Counted from the stretch's first letter, positions 14,644-29,826 are shown. The stretch is DNA of 64,000 nucleotides from the human T2T-CHM13v2.0 reference genome, Homo sapiens (GCF_009914755.1 NC_060934.1); one strand, 5' to 3'. Numbers and translations: made by a program. Notes: generated by a model from the sequence alone, not told the origin.

Positions 14644-15564
14644 TTTTTTTCTACATTAATTTTAGATTTAGGGGGTACATGTGCAGGTTTGTTACCTGGG
14701 TATATTGTGTAACACTAAGGTTTAGGGTATAAATGACTCCATCACCCAGATACTGAGCATAGTAGCCAATAGTTAGTTTCCCAACCCTTACCCTCCTCCC
14801 CTAGTAGTCTTCAGTTTCTATTGTTGACATATTTATGTCCATGAGAACCTAATATGCAGCTTCTACTTATTAGTAAGAATATGTGGTATTTGGTTTTCTT
14901 CTCCTGCTTTAATCTTAGGATAATGATCTCCAGATGTTTCCATATTTCTGCAGAGGACATGAGTTTATTTATGTTTATGGCTGTGTAGTATTCCATGGTA
15001 TGTATGTACCATATTTTTCTTTATCCAGTCCACTGTTGGCAGGCACCTAGATTGATTCTGTATCTTTAGTATTGTGAATAAGGCTGTGATAAACTTGCAA
15101 GTGCATGTATCTTTTTGGTATACTGATTTACTTTCTTTTGAATGTATACCCAGTAATGGGATTGCTGGGTGAAATGGTAGCTCTGTTTTATGTTCTTTGA
15201 GAAATCTCTGAACTGCTTTCCACAGTGCCTGAATTTATGTTCCCACCAACAGTATATAAGCATTCCTTTTTCTCCTCAGCCTTACCAGCATCTGTGTTTT
15301 TTTAACTTTTTAATAATAGCCACTCTGACTCATGTGAGATGATATCTCATTGTGATTTTAATTTGCTTTTCTCTGGTGATTAATAATGTGGAGACTACTT
15401 TTATCACATTTGTTGGCTGCATATATGTCTTCTTTTGAGAAGTATCTGGTCATGTCTTTTGCCCATTTTTTAATGGGCCTATTTGTTTTTTGCTTGTTCA
15501 ATTGTTTAAGTTCCTTATAGATTCTGGATGTTAGACTTTTGTTGGATGTATTGTTTGTGAATAT
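14644..15564 (-). mobile_element. L1PA15/16-like 3' end
   Basis: 'ttttagatttagggggtacatgtgcagg' 3'UTR; ORF track shows ORF2 C-terminal remnants (MEYYTAI...). Confidence 0.9.
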
Positions 15565-15778
15565 ACCAAATGAGTTTATGATTCAGATCCTCTTAGGCCT
15601 CAGCTGTCTTCATATCCTCATTGTGTTACTTAAATTAAGGGTGGCATCTGGGCATATTTCTTTGTCTTTTCATAGTCCGGAAAGCTTTCAAAGTAGGAAG
15701 AAGTTTAGAATTCTAGTATTAATAAATGCTGAAACATTACAGTACTTTCTGTGTGTCAAGCATTGCACTGAGGATTCT

Positions 15779-16086
15779 TTTCCTTTTTTTTTTTTTTTTT
15801 TTTTGAGATGGAGTTTCACTCATGTTGCCCGGACTGGAGTACAATGGTGTGATCTCGGCTCACTACAACCTCCACCTCCTGGGTTCAAGCTATTCTCTTG
15901 CCTCAGCCTCCTAAGTGGCTGAGATTACAGGCGCCCTCCACCACATCCAGCTAATTTTTGTATTTTTAGTAGAGACGGGGTTTCACCATGTTGGTCAGTC
16001 TGGTCTCCAACTCCTGACCTCAGGTGATCCGCCCTCCTTGGCCTTCCAAATGCTAAGATTATAGGCATAAGCCACCACACCCAGTC
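15779..16086 (-). mobile_element. AluSq/Sp inserted in a minus-strand MIR (~15720-16270)
   Basis: Full Alu; TSD tgcactgaggatt/tgcactaaggatt; MIR sequence continues on both sides. Confidence 0.93.
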
Positions 16087-17154
16087 TGCACTAAGGATTT
16101 TATATGCATTATCTTCATATAACACACACAAAGGACCTATAATCTCTGTAGATCATTTTTTAGATGAAGAAAGTAAGGCTAAAAGAATTTTTCATAATCT
16201 ACCCAAATTCATGTAGTTAGTAAATGACAGAGTTGGGCCTCAAACCCTGGTTATCTGACACCAACCAATACTTGTTCTAAGTATTTTGGTAGCAAAGCCT
16301 GATTTAAAAGCAATGTACCATAACTTCTCAAATGCAGTACATATGTAATTAAGTTCGTTCTGGCACCCAGGATCTCCCTAGGCCATCTTTTCCTACTATC
16401 AAGTTAATGTGAAATCATGATATGCAAATAAAATTTGATATTAGTCTCAACTAGATACAGTTAACAGAATTTATTAATTTCTGAAAAGCAAAGGCAGAAA
16501 TTCCCTGTAAAATGCACTATAATGTCAAATATGATAGATTTGACATCAGTTGTATTGAAAGTCTGAAACTGTGGAGTGCCTTAAAGATAATTTTCAAACT
16601 TCTCTCTTATGAATATGCAAACTGAGATGGCAATGAAGAAGTTAATAGAGACCAAACCTAGGATTTGAATCTAGGTGTCTTGATTCCCAGTCCACTACTT
16701 TTCCTACTAAAACATTTTGCAACTTGTGACAAATGATGAATATTCTTGGATTTAGGAGATATATACAAAAGAGCAAGGAGATGTATCACAAGGACATTTC
16801 ACTTAGAGGTTATAATAGCATAAAATTGAAAACAACCTAAATTTCAATCAATAGGACATTTGATAAACAAGAGTACATAAAAAACATGTCCTACTCAGCC
16901 ATTCAAAATGATGATATAGAGCTCTGTGTATTGTCCTAGATAGATGAACATGATGTATTATTGTTTAGAAGGAAGAAAGCATGTTACAAAACAGCATGTA
17001 TAACGTGGCTTGCTGTATATTAAATATCAGCATTCATAGATGATGCAGTTTTGGCTAGATGATGAGATTAAGAAGATTTTTTTTTTTTACTTTTGTCTAT
17101 TCCCTTGACTTAAATTGGTTTTAATAAGAATATGTTGTAAAAAAAATGCTTTAA

Positions 17155-17524
<370 letters not shown>

Positions 17525-17534
17525 TAAATTAAAC

Positions 17535-17685
17535 CAGTGTGTCTCAAACTTCAATCAGCGAGAGAATCTTGTTAAAATGTATGCTTTGATTGAGTAGGTC
17601 TGGGGTGGAGCTGGAGAACCTACATTTTCAACAAAATCCCAGGTGATGCCAATGCTGCTGAATGGAGAACAGTGCATTGCAAGGG
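17535..17685. mobile_element. MER5A DNA transposon relic
   Basis: 'cagtgtgtctcaaactt...gtaggtctggggtggag...cccaggtgatgccaatgctgctg'. Confidence 0.75.
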
Positions 17686-18929
17686 TCTGGTTTTGTTAAT
17701 TATTCCACGAGGCCTTTTTCTCATTCACTCCATATGTAGTTTCTGGCAATCTTCGGCTGAAATTGTTTTCCTTTGCTTATTAGTGCTGTAGTGATTTCTA
17801 GGTGAATAGGGCCCTAGAGTTTTCTTCTTTTTCTTGCAGTTAATAAACATAAACACTGGGAGACACTATTTTAAATTTCCAAACATCCATTATACAACTG
17901 GAAATATTACTCAGAAATTGCCTTTCCCACCGGATAGTTTTTATCTTGATACTCTCAAGTGAGGATGTAATAGCAGCATTGATTGTTTAAATGTATGAGC
18001 AATCGGGGAGCAATCATGATTTTAAAAAAACAACAACAGTAATTGATAGACTGCTCAGCAGGAGAAATGAGATTGTAATATGAATGTTAATTTTTGACAC
18101 ATCTCTTTACTGTATTTTCAGGAAGAAAATCAAAATAAAGCATTTTAAGAATGACTGGGTATGGGAATACCCTAGCATTTCTTTTATAAAAACAAAACGT
18201 TAAAACATCGAACTTGGGAAAAAAGTTGCGTGAAATAAAATACCTTAGAATTTATAATGTAATCAGCAAGAATAGAGTAAACTATGGCTACTACTATTGT
18301 AAATATTCAGTATTTATTAAGTGTTTACTATGTACTGGGCTGGTCAAGTTGATTTATATGAATTACCTTGTTTGATGTCTTATTTAAGGCTTATACAAGT
18401 TCAATAACTTGTCCAAAGTAACACATCTAGTAGGTAGTAGTATTTTGATTTACATCCATTAACTCAAAACTCAAGATCATAACCACAATGCTGTACTTTG
18501 AGAGTCATCCAACAAACAGAGTTCCTGCCTAACATGCAACAGACTTTGTTCTAGGTAATTGGGGAAAATTTAATGAATGAACAAGACAAAAACCTTGCCT
18601 TCATAGAGTTTACTTTCTAGTGATGATAAAGAGATACTGCATTTATATTGGACCTTACTCGCTTAGTTGTGGAGTGCTGAATGAGAAATAGAGAAGGCAT
18701 TTCCCTCTTTGGGCCTCAATTTCTTGAACTATAGAATGAAGATTTTGTACTCTAAGTTCAGTTTAGTCTCCCAAACCTATAGGTGCAAGAAAATTTAAAC
18801 GACTTTATGTATCTTTGCAGTTCCTGCTTCCAATTCAAACTACCAATAAGCCACTTCACCAAGGCCTCTTGATTTCATGTCTTTAATTGGAATTCCTTTT
18901 ACACTAATTATTGTTATTTATATCGTTAT

Positions 18930-20111
18930 CAAAACTGCATTTGTGAAATTATGAGAGTAAGAGAAATCTAACATAGTTGACTCCATCTTGCTCTGATCTC
19001 TATGCTGTCCTTGGTAATTCCTGGGCATAGACCAAGCTAACTTTGGGAGGAATTTAGTTTATACTTTTACTTTAAAGCAAAGATATTAATAGCCCTTCCC
19101 AAAACTAAACCACCTTCATAAAACTAATGAAAGGCCACAAGGTTAGGATTATGAGAGGGGGCTGAATTATGATAAGACAAACATAATTTCTATAATCCCT
19201 TACTACTCAGGAGTCATAGACCAGAGGTCATAAGATAGGCCTACTTTCTATAATCTCTTACTACTCAGAGATCACATGGTAGAGGTCACAAGATTTGTGA
19301 CTGTATTAGTATGTTCTCACACTGCTATAAAGAAATGCCTGAGACTGGGTAATTTATAAAGAAAAAAGGTTTAATTGGCTTATGGTTCCTCAGACTGTAC
19401 AGGAAGCATAGCAGCTTCTGCTTCTGGGGAGACCTCAGGAAGCTTATAATCATGGCAGAAGGCAAAGGAGGAGCAGGCACTTCACATGGCCAGAGCAAGA
19501 GGAAGAGAAAGGGGAGAGGTACTGCACACTTTTAAATGACTAGATCTTGCAAGAACTAACTCACTACCATGACAATAGTACCAAGGGGGATGGTGCTAAA
19601 CCCTTCATGAGAACCTACCCCCACTATCCAATCACTTCCCATCAGGCCCCCACCTCCAGCACTGAGGATTACATTTCAACATGAGACTGGGGCAGGGACA
19701 CAAATACAAACCATATCAGTGATTTTTCCAATTGCTCCTATAGATAGCATCACCCTTGTAGAACCTAAGGTTGTTTTATGAAATATCCTTAAGACTGAAC
19801 CCACCCAGACTTATAACTCATGACTCCTGTGGTCCCATCAGGAGGCAGACTCAGGGCATGGGGACAGTTTTCCACACACTTCTGATTTCATCCCCAACCA
19901 ATCAACCCATTCTTTCACCCCCTTCCCACCAAATTGTCCATAAAAACTCTAACCTCCAGGGCTCCAGGGAGACTGATTTGAGTGATAACTCCAGTTCTCC
20001 TGCATAGGCCAGCTTCATGTCAGTTGAACTGATTCTCTACTGCAGTGCCATCATCTCTGTGTGTTGATTTTTTCTGTGCAGTGAGCAGAAAAAGCCCATT
20101 AGGCCATTACA
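18930..20111 (+). mobile_element. LTR8/LTR8B (ERV1) solo LTR interrupted by MSTA
   Basis: 'gttgactccatcttgc...ccaagctaactttgggaggaatttagttt' resembles the LTR8 family; ends 'ggccattaca'. Confidence 0.8.
19302..19718 (-). mobile_element. MSTA-like MaLR solo LTR nested in LTR8B
   Basis: tgtattagt...ccatatca termini; 5-bp TSD gtgac/gtgat. Confidence 0.88.
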
Positions 20112-20536
20112 CAATTATCATTACCAAAGGCCACAAATGCAAGGTCAGGCTGCTATGGAATACTTGGAGGCTTTCTGCAGCAGTGTTTCTGCCAATACCG
20201 TTTCCCCCAAGCCTTCTCCTTCTACTTGAGCTGGACTGCTGGTGGCCTGCCATCTTGCTTGCAGGCTCTCTTATGCTGTCACAGTTGAGACATTCAATGA
20301 GACCAGTTGAGATAATGAACCAGGAGTCAGTGTATGAGAGTCAAATGCTGTCATCAGAAATTATTGAGAGCTTTTCAGTAATTGCCATGAAATAAAGAAA
20401 TTTACCCATCTGAGTCAAAAGGCTTTGATGAATTCTTTACTTAATGTCCTCTTCTTCAGGAGTTTCACGCCTAAAGATTTTCTTCTCCTTATGGAAAAAA
20501 ACGGCAATACTAGAACTTGCATAAAAGAAATGTGGA

Positions 20537-20834
20537 GGCCGGGTGCAGTGGCTCATGCTTATAATCCTAGCACTTTGGGAGGACGAGGCAGGTGGAACAC
20601 CTGAGGTCAGGAGTTTGAGACCAGCCTGGCCAACATGGTGAAACCCCGTCTCTGCTAAAAATACAAAAATTAGTTGGGCATGGTGGCGGGAGCCTATAAT
20701 CCCAGCTACTCTGGTGGCTGCAGCAGGATAATCGCTTGAACTAGTGGGGCAAAGGTTGCAGTGAGCCTAGATCGCACCACTTCACTCTGGCCTGGGCAAA
20801 AGAGCAAAACTCCATCTAAAGAAAAAAAAAAAAA
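20537..20834 (+). mobile_element. AluS (Sx/Sz-like)
   Basis: ggccgggtgcagtgg start, dimeric body, A tail. Confidence 0.95.
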
Positions 20835-21074
20835 GGAAGAAACTTGGGAGTATATTTTTGCTATAACATTTTGGAAAATAGATGTCAGTAGGCAACTCAA
20901 GTCTCTCTTGATTTGCCAGTGATCCTTTCAATCATAAATTCACTTGTCCTAATAATAATGTGTCTGGTTGCATACTACATGCTGGGCCCTAAGAATATAG
21001 AAACAATTAAAGGGCCATGCCTTTAAAGAACTGGCATGGTTTTTAAACATGCAGAGCTCTAGAACTGGAGTGAC

Positions 21075-21470
21075 TATTGTTGACTGAATCATGCCTCCCG
21101 GTTCACATGATGGAGCCTCAATCCCCAGTGTGACTATATTTGGAGATAGGGCCTTTATAGAGGTAATTAGGGTAAAATGAGATCATAAGGATAAGACCCT
21201 ATTCCAACAGAACTGTGTCCTTATAAGAGGAGGAAGGGACACCAGAGCTTTCTCTCTCTGCACATATGCATGCTGAGAAAAGGCCATCTGAGAGCATAGC
21301 AAGAAGGCAGCAGTCTGCAAGCCAGGAAGAGAGCCCTCACCAGAAACACTTAAACAGACCTGGCTAGACCTTGGACTTCTAGCCTCCAGAATTGTCAGAA
21401 AATAAATTTCTGTTGTTCAAGTCACTAAGCCTGTGGTATTTTGTTATGGCAGCCTGAACTGACTAACACA
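21075..21470 (+). mobile_element. MLT1A/B-like MaLR solo LTR
   Basis: 'gtgtgactatatttggagatagggccttt...aataaatttctgttgttcaagtcac...gactaacaca'. Confidence 0.85.
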
Positions 21471-22211
21471 GTGGTATTGAACATTTTAGATAATTCTTGG
21501 TATGAAAAAGTAATGACAGGAAATCAGAAGCTTTCAGAAACTTATGTGTAGGAAAGAACGGAGATGTGGTCATGAACTATGTGTATTTGGTAACCAACAA
21601 ATTTTGAAGCATATAAGGTGACTGGCTTTGTAGGGAAAGGGGATAAAGATTACTTTTATAGGTGGGGTGATAATGGGGGGAGGCTTTTGATTTGGAAGAC
21701 CTTACCATACCCTTAAACTTCAGAATATGTAAGTAAAAAAGAGAATGTTACATATATTGTCACCTATGTGTAATAAAAATAATTTGAGTTATCTGCTGTG
21801 GAATTACTTTCCTATTCAAATAGAGACACAGTCTATATCAATGTCAAATTTTCTCTAATTTTACACATACTGTCATTCCTTTTGAACAGTCTCCCTCAGT
21901 TTCATGTATGTAACTAGCAGAGGCAAAAGAAATTCTTGTCTTGCCAAGGAGGACTCCAAGAACCTACAAATTGGTCCCAAACCCTTCACACCTCCTTGGG
22001 AATAAAATAAGATCTAAGGTGATTAAAAGTCTCAGTTCACTCAGAATATGCCCTGCTTATGCCTGCAGTCTGGCATCCCGATCCAATTAGCACCCCATTT
22101 TTCTTTCCAAAAAGAATGCCCATTTGAATAACAAATTATGCAACCATCTGAATTTAATCAATAGAATGTCTTTACATCCATTTAGTTCCAAATTAAGTAC
22201 TCCAACCTATC

Positions 22212-22975
22212 TGTTGTATGATAAAGAATTTATTTTGCCTTTGTTCCCCATTTCTGGCATGGAGCTTCTAAAATCCTTGGAATATCCAGAGTGATAAGAG
22301 TGTCATTGTTGCTCATGAACCCCTTGGATCATATCTGACTTTATGCTAGTGAGATTAAATAACTCAGGATACAGACTTGTCACCAAAAAAATTAATTATA
22401 TGATTATAGGGTTGGAGCTTTGAGCCAGTTCAGCCTCCAGGGAGTCCTGGGGGCTGGAGATAAAGTTCAATCACATGGTCAATGTTCAATCAATCATGCT
22501 TATATAAGGAAACCCTAATAAAAACTCTGGACACAGAAGTGGAGCTTTCTGACTGGTGAACACATTGATGTGCTATGAGGAGGACAGGCCCTGATTCCAT
22601 GGGAAAAGAGCATGGAAGTGCTACATTTGAGACACTCCCAGGCCTCACCCTATGTGTCTCTTATTTGGCTAGTCCTGAATTTTATCCTTCATAATAAAAC
22701 TATAATTATAAGTATAGTACTTTTTTGAGTTCTGTGTATTGCTCTAGCAAATTATCAAAACCTGAGTGGGAACTCCTGAATTTATAATCAGTAGGTCAGA
22801 AGTATGGTTGGCCTGAAATTCTCTGAAGAATGGCCTTTAATGTGAGGACAGGCTTGTGGAGGACTGAGTCTTTAACCTGTGGAGTCTGCACTAACTCAAG
22901 GGGATTAGCACCAGAATTGAGTTGCATTACACCAGTTCTTATGAGGATACCATAACAGGAAGAAGTTTGATCACC
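22212..22975 (+). mobile_element. MER21-family LTR
   Basis: 'ccctaataaaaactctggacac...gaggactgagtctttaacctgtggagtctgcactaactc' MER21 motifs; 3' end approximate. Confidence 0.75.
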
Positions 22976-23330
22976 AAAGGAAACAACACTTTTATTTCTG
23001 CTCACTCTAGCCAGAATAAATATTTTTATATAGTCTGAAGTTTATTAATATAGCTTTTGCCTTTTTTGCTTTAAAATCAGGGTTAGAAGGATTGGCACAA
23101 ATAAAATGAAAACAAGGTTCAATTGCATGTTTAAATAGATTTCCATTTTTGGCACAGAAAGAATATATATTTAACAAGCCATGGATAAATGTCATGTGGT
23201 CACAAACAGGAAAATGGTTGAAAACAACAGACTGCACCACTGCTCCTCAATGGTGGCCACTCTTCTGTAGAGTGGGAAGCTTCACTTTCACCCACCACAG
23301 CTAGACACTAATTCCACAAGAAAGCAGTGA

Positions 23331-23645
<315 letters not shown>

Positions 23646-23673
23646 AAAACATGGCTTCTTAGAAGAGACATAT

Positions 23674-23794
23674 TTGGGAGACTGAGGCAGGAGGAATACT
23701 TGAGCCCAAGGGTCAAGGCTGCAGTGAGCTATGATCATGCCTCTGCAAGCCTGGGCAACAGAGTGAGACCCTGTCTCAAAAAAAGAAAAAAAAA
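23674..23794 (+). mobile_element. FRAM/AluJ right-arm fragment
   Basis: 'ggaggaatacttgagccc...gtcaaggctgcagtgagctatgatc' J-type diagnostics, A tail. Confidence 0.85.
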
Positions 23795-25521
23795 TATGCA
23801 CTTTAAGATTTTGCAGAGCTAGATGAACTCCTGGCTATGGAAAGAATAATTAGGTATATGTTCATGGCCCTGTTACTTAATAGTCTGAGCCTCAATTTTC
23901 TCATCTGTAAAATGGGTAATGCTTTCTTACTAGGTGGTCATTAGGATTGAGTGAGAATGAATAAAAGGTAACAAAATGTGCCTGAAACTTAACGAGTACT
24001 TAGTAAATAGTACATTTAGGGCTGCTCTTCAGCTTGAAGCTGCAGCTTTTTGTCATCTCTCATTCTCTTTCGTCTTTATCTTGTTTTTGCCCCAAACTGA
24101 CTTCCTATGGAAAAGTTTAAAATTTATCTATTGTTTATAACCTCAAAGCATTTATAGAACCTTCAAAACAGTAGGCATTTACATTGATCTCCAAGACAGC
24201 CTCACTACTTTCTTGTTCTTCTGATGATTTTTCTTTCTTGACAGCTCATTAGAGTTGGGTTAGTTGCGCAGTATTTTCAGTGTTTGTGTGTGTGTGTGTG
24301 TCCCCAAGCAACTGGTATTAAAACATTTTCTTCTTGCAGACAAGCAGAACACTATTTCTACATTTTGCCAGTTTATTATTTTGCATGTTCTTTGGTTTCT
24401 TATTCTAAAAAATGCTACAGGCCATCTCTTTTGTTTGGATTTCATGCAAGTAAGTATCTGTGATTCTCTCTGTAACCACAGCAGCACCAAACGGGATTTA
24501 TGAATGCTTTGTTTCCTGACTTCAGAGCACCTGTGTGCTGAATTCAGAAATCAGAAGCTCCCTCTCCTCAGGTGTAAATGGAGGTGGCCACAAGTCCCTT
24601 TTTAGAACACAGCCTTCTCTGCAGGCATGGCTGGAGTTGGAAGATATCAATAGATGGAGAGGAGAGAGATTGAGGATTGAGAAAAATAAAAATAAGGGAC
24701 TAAATCAGGGGAAGAGAAGAATTACTCTGCCAAACACGAGTAGGTCATGTGGAAAATTATAAATGGTCAGTGGATAGTGGATGGTCAGCGAATAGATAAT
24801 ATGGATGGTCAGTGGATAGGTAATAGATCCTTCAAGAATCCCGTCTGCTCTGGAGCAGAATCCTGGCCAGTGAGATCCATCTACAATCCACAGGAGAGGA
24901 TGATGGGGGAAGTTAACTAATAGAGTCATGCTGAGGCACCATAGAATTGCAGTCATAGGCCCCACCATTAGAGTCTGAGAGACTTATTCAAACACAGGTT
25001 CTGTTGCCTTTTTTTCTGTGTGGTCTTTTCTTAACCCCAGTGAGTCTGGGTCTTCAGCTATAAAACTGAGATCATTACAGTTCTGGGCTCATTTGAGGCG
25101 GAGAGAAGATATTGATTATGAAGAAATTTTTTTGAAATATCATAATTGCTTAGTATGTGTAGCTAATAGGATAAATATTTTTGATGGGCTACTCTGTTCC
25201 CAGATATTTTACCACCATTTTCCATGCAATTCCTTATTTAACCTTCCTAATATCATAGTACAGGTTATTACCTCCATTGCACAGATGAGGGAAGTGAAGA
25301 TTCAGAGAAGTTAGATGATGAATAGCAAAAAGCAGAAGAAAATAGTAGAACTTGGATTAAATCCTATGTCCATCCCTTTCCTAACAATGGAACCCTCCAC
25401 TGTATGTCATACTAGACCCAACCTTAAATAAATAAATCTGCTTCATACTTAACATCAATTCTGTGTGTATTCTCAATAAAAACATCAATGTAGGTTAGAA
25501 ATTTGAATTAGGGAAAAAAGA

Positions 25522-26420
25522 ACAAGCATCACTAATCATCGGAGAAATGCAAATTAAAACTATAATGAGATATCATCTCACCCCAGTTAAAATGGCTTAT
25601 ATTCAAAAGACAAGTGCTGGTGAGGATGTGGAGAAAGGGGAACCCTCATATAGTGTTAGTGAGGATGTAAATTAGTATAGCCACTATGAAACAGTATGGA
25701 GATGCCGCAAAGAACTATAAATAGAACTACTATATGATCCAGGAATCCCACTGCTAGGTATATATCCAACAGAAAGAAACTCAGTATATCAAAGAGATAT
25801 CTGCACCCCAGGTTTATTGCAGCATTATTCACAGTAGCCAATAGATGGAATCAACCTAATGTCTAGCAATAAATAAATGGATAAAGAAAATGCGGTACAT
25901 ATACATAATTAAATATAATTCAGCTATAAAAATAATGAAATCTTATCATTTGCAACAACATGGATGGAACTGGAGAATATTATGTTAACTATAATAAACC
26001 AGGCACAGAAAGACAAATACCACATAATCTCATGTATATGTGGGAGCTAAAATATGTTAAGCCCATAGAAGTAGAGAGTAGAATTGTGATTAATAGAAGG
26101 TAGGAAGGGTAATGGGGAGGGGAAGACAGGGAAAGGCTGGTTAATGAATCCAAAAATTTACAGCGTGATAGGAGTAATAAGTTCTGGTGCTCTGCAGCAC
26201 TGTAAGTTGACTATAGTTATTAATAATTTGTTGTATATCTTCAAATGTCTAGAAAAGAAGATTTTTTAATGTTTCCAACACAAAGAAATGATAAATATCT
26301 GTGATGATGAATAGGCTAATTATCCTTATTTGATCATTACATATTGTGTATATGTATCAAAACATCACTCTGCACCCTATACATATGTACAATTACTTCC
26401 TGTCAATTAAAACTTTTAAA
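25522..26420 (+). mobile_element. L1MA (MA3-5-like) 3' end
   Basis: ORF2 C-terminus ('gagaaatgcaaattaaaac') through the 3'UTR ending 'tgtcaattaaaa'. Confidence 0.85.
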
Positions 26421-26424
26421 AGTG

Positions 26425-27935
26425 CCGGTCATGAATGCACAAATGGAGAATTCCAGTGCCAACAAGGATGGAACAAGCCTAGTATAGCCTGGCTCTTGTA
26501 TTAATTGCAACTGAAGACTCCGAAAATACAAAAAGCAACTACCTAAGAACTCTGAAAAGTAAACAGCAAGCAAATTGCAGAAAGGAGACAAAACTTGGAG
26601 AATGATCTGCGTGGGATGAGATTCTTGCTTTTTTCTTTTTTTCTCTCCCCTGGGTTGACTCAAGGGTAATCCCAGTGTGTAACTGTGTAGTGAGCAGGCG
26701 CAAAAAAATACCTGAGTAAAACCCTGTCTTTCTGGCCAGAAGACAAGAAAAAGGAGTCCTTGTGGGTCTGAGAGGATAGACGGAATTATTTTCATTTTGT
26801 TTTGCTTTTCTCTTTCTTACTCCCAACCCTGGTTCAAAGGCGGCCCTAACCACAGTGGTAGAGGTGGCAACAGAACAGTCATCTAAAACCAAGATAAAAC
26901 CTGTCTCTCGAGTCCAGAGGAATTCGGGAGAGGGACCCCTGTGGTCCAAAGAGTGTAGAGAAATTCCATTCTTTTTCTTTCACTACTTTGTGCCCAGAGT
27001 GGTGCCAGCCATGTGGAACTGTGCAGAAATAAGTGTGGATAAAGCTCCAAAAGGAATCCAGTCTTTCAGATGAGTAGGAAATGGAACACAGAGTAGGAGA
27101 GGGTGAGGGGGATTCCAGAGGAGAGACCTGGAAAAGTGTCTCTCCCTTCATTCTGTTATGAACGAACACAAGTCCCAGGCTTATCACCAAGACGCACATG
27201 ATGGGACAGACCACAAGCAGGATGGCAAAGGCTTTGAAAACCGAACCGGTGTTGGAATCCTCACATGAAGAAAAGCTAAACAGAACTCACGAATTGAATA
27301 TTGCTGGGTTTGATTTCCTTATTTTTTTAAAAGCAACATTCTCCAGAGGACTTAAACAGGACCAAGAGTCTTACAATAAAATATTCAAAACACCAAAAAT
27401 ATAATTCAAAGTCACCTAAAATGAAAAGAACATCAAAAAGTACTCAAGTCTCAAGAGAGAAGACAATTAACAGATGCCAACATAAGATATTACAGATGTT
27501 GAAATTATCAAAGGTTTTAAAGCAGCTATTATAATCAGCTCTAGGAATAAAGGTAAATGCTTAAGATTGATGGAAGCATATATACATTCTCTGCAGAGAA
27601 ATAGAAATGATAAAAATTTGAATTTCAAAACTGAAAACTATAATATCTGAAAACTATAAAAATTCACTGGGTGGGCTCAATTGAATAATGTAGATGACAG
27701 AGAAATTAGTTATTAAACTGTTAAGATAGAACAATAGAAATTACCCAATCTGAAAAACAAAGAAGAAAAAGAGATTTAAAAAAATTAACAGACCCTTGGG
27801 AAACTGTGGAACAATGTCAAAAAGACCTAACGGTCTTGTCATCTGAGTCCCACAAAGGAAGAAGAAAAACACTGTTATGGAAAAACGTCGGCAAAATAAC
27901 AGGCAAAACAACAGGCAAAACCTAAAATTTATGAG
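26425..27935 (+). mobile_element. Ancient L1M 5'UTR/ORF1 fragment
   Basis: A-rich ORF1-like 'aaattcactgggtgggctcaa...gaaattacccaatctgaaaaac...gagtcccacaaagg'. Confidence 0.7.
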
Positions 27936-28463
27936 TGTAAAGAGTTAAGACTTTTTTGCAACCCTCATGTAACAGAGACAAAAGAGAATGCATTTTTCAT
28001 TGACTGATATAAACTGACAATTTTCTTGATAAATTCAAAACTGCAATGTCATTTTCCTGGACTTACTTAACCCTAGACCATCTTTTAAGGACTGAGAATG
28101 ATTAATCTCTTGAATATATATTTCTGGACTTTTAGACCATCTTTTCAAGAACTGAAAATTGCTTAATGGGATATCTTCCTTGCTCTTATATCATGTTTCC
28201 TGTTTCTCATTCCTATTCCTCATTTTTCCCTTACCTACTGCCTTTAATTAATAAAAATCTTTGCTAACTGCTAGAAATCTAAAGTGGTCATATTTTGGGA
28301 CAGTCACTCTTACTGTAGCAGAAATAAAGCTGTTCCTTCTCTCATGTATTTGTGGAGAACTTACCGAGCTTCCCAAACACCAGCCTATAAGAAGGAACTA
28401 AAAACACATATTAGATTTTCTCCTGGTCCTCACTACATTGAAAACTTCAGAGAATTTTCTACA
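27936..28463 (+). mobile_element. Probable ERV1-like solo LTR, family unassigned
   Basis: TG...CA ends, flanks tgag/tgaa, internal direct repeat, TATA-like and AATAAA motifs. Confidence 0.45.
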
Positions 28464-29104
28464 TGAAACTGCATCTAATATCCCAGGCCCTTGTCATCTC
28501 TTACCTGGATGACTATCACAGTGTCCTGCTCTCCCCCTGTGTCCAATACTGTTTTTTAAAAACCCATCCAACACAGCTACCAGAGTGATATATTAAAATG
28601 AAAACATGACTGAGTCACTCCACAATTAAAAGCCTTTCCATATAGTTTCATGAGACAAGTTGTCTAATATAATATTTTGCAAATATTCTCATCCAGAATG
28701 TGGGTTGCCCTCTCATCATCTTTTATGACCAAAATGTTTTTATCTTGATGAAATCTAATTTATTGTTTTTTCCTTTGTGAATGCCTTTTGCATTCTAATA
28801 AATCTTTTTCTATCCTAAGGTCATAGAAAATATTCATCTAGTATTCTAGAAGTCTTATGATTTTTAGCACTAGTGTTTAAGTCAATGACTCATCTCAAAT
28901 TAAATTTTGTGTATTCAGTGAGATAAGAGTCCAGTTTTGATTCTTACATACATATATCTAGATACTGCAAAGCCAACCCACCTCCATCTATGATAGTCTC
29001 AAGATACTATATTCTTTTCCATCTTAAGGGGAGATTAGTCATCTGGTGCCATCCTCAGTGCATTCTAGCAAGGCTTAGCCATCTCTAAGATAAGTGAAAT
29101 CTTA

Positions 29105-29176
29105 AAATATCATCATCTGATATGTTGAGATGAACCATGTAAATATCATGATCTGATACATTGAGATGAACCATGT
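29105..29176. repeat. 36-bp tandem duplication (33/36 identical)
   Basis: aaatatcat(c/g)atctgata(tg/ca)ttgagatgaaccatgt twice. Confidence 0.9.
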
Positions 29177-29244
29177 TGTATAAATGTGGCATTCATGGAG
29201 TTGGGTTGTTAAGAAGTGAAATAAATTGTTCCCTTATAGAAAAC

Positions 29245-29826
<582 letters not shown>

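Noticed and set aside
24245-24449. Plus-strand exon candidate (acceptors before 24245 or 24340, donor at 24450)
   Set aside because: No coding signal or supporting partner exon; such motifs are common in AT-rich DNA
24764-24820. Short repeat-spacer-like array (tggtcagtggatag units)
   Set aside because: Three degenerate units with irregular short spacing in eukaryotic DNA; ordinary slippage, not a CRISPR-like array
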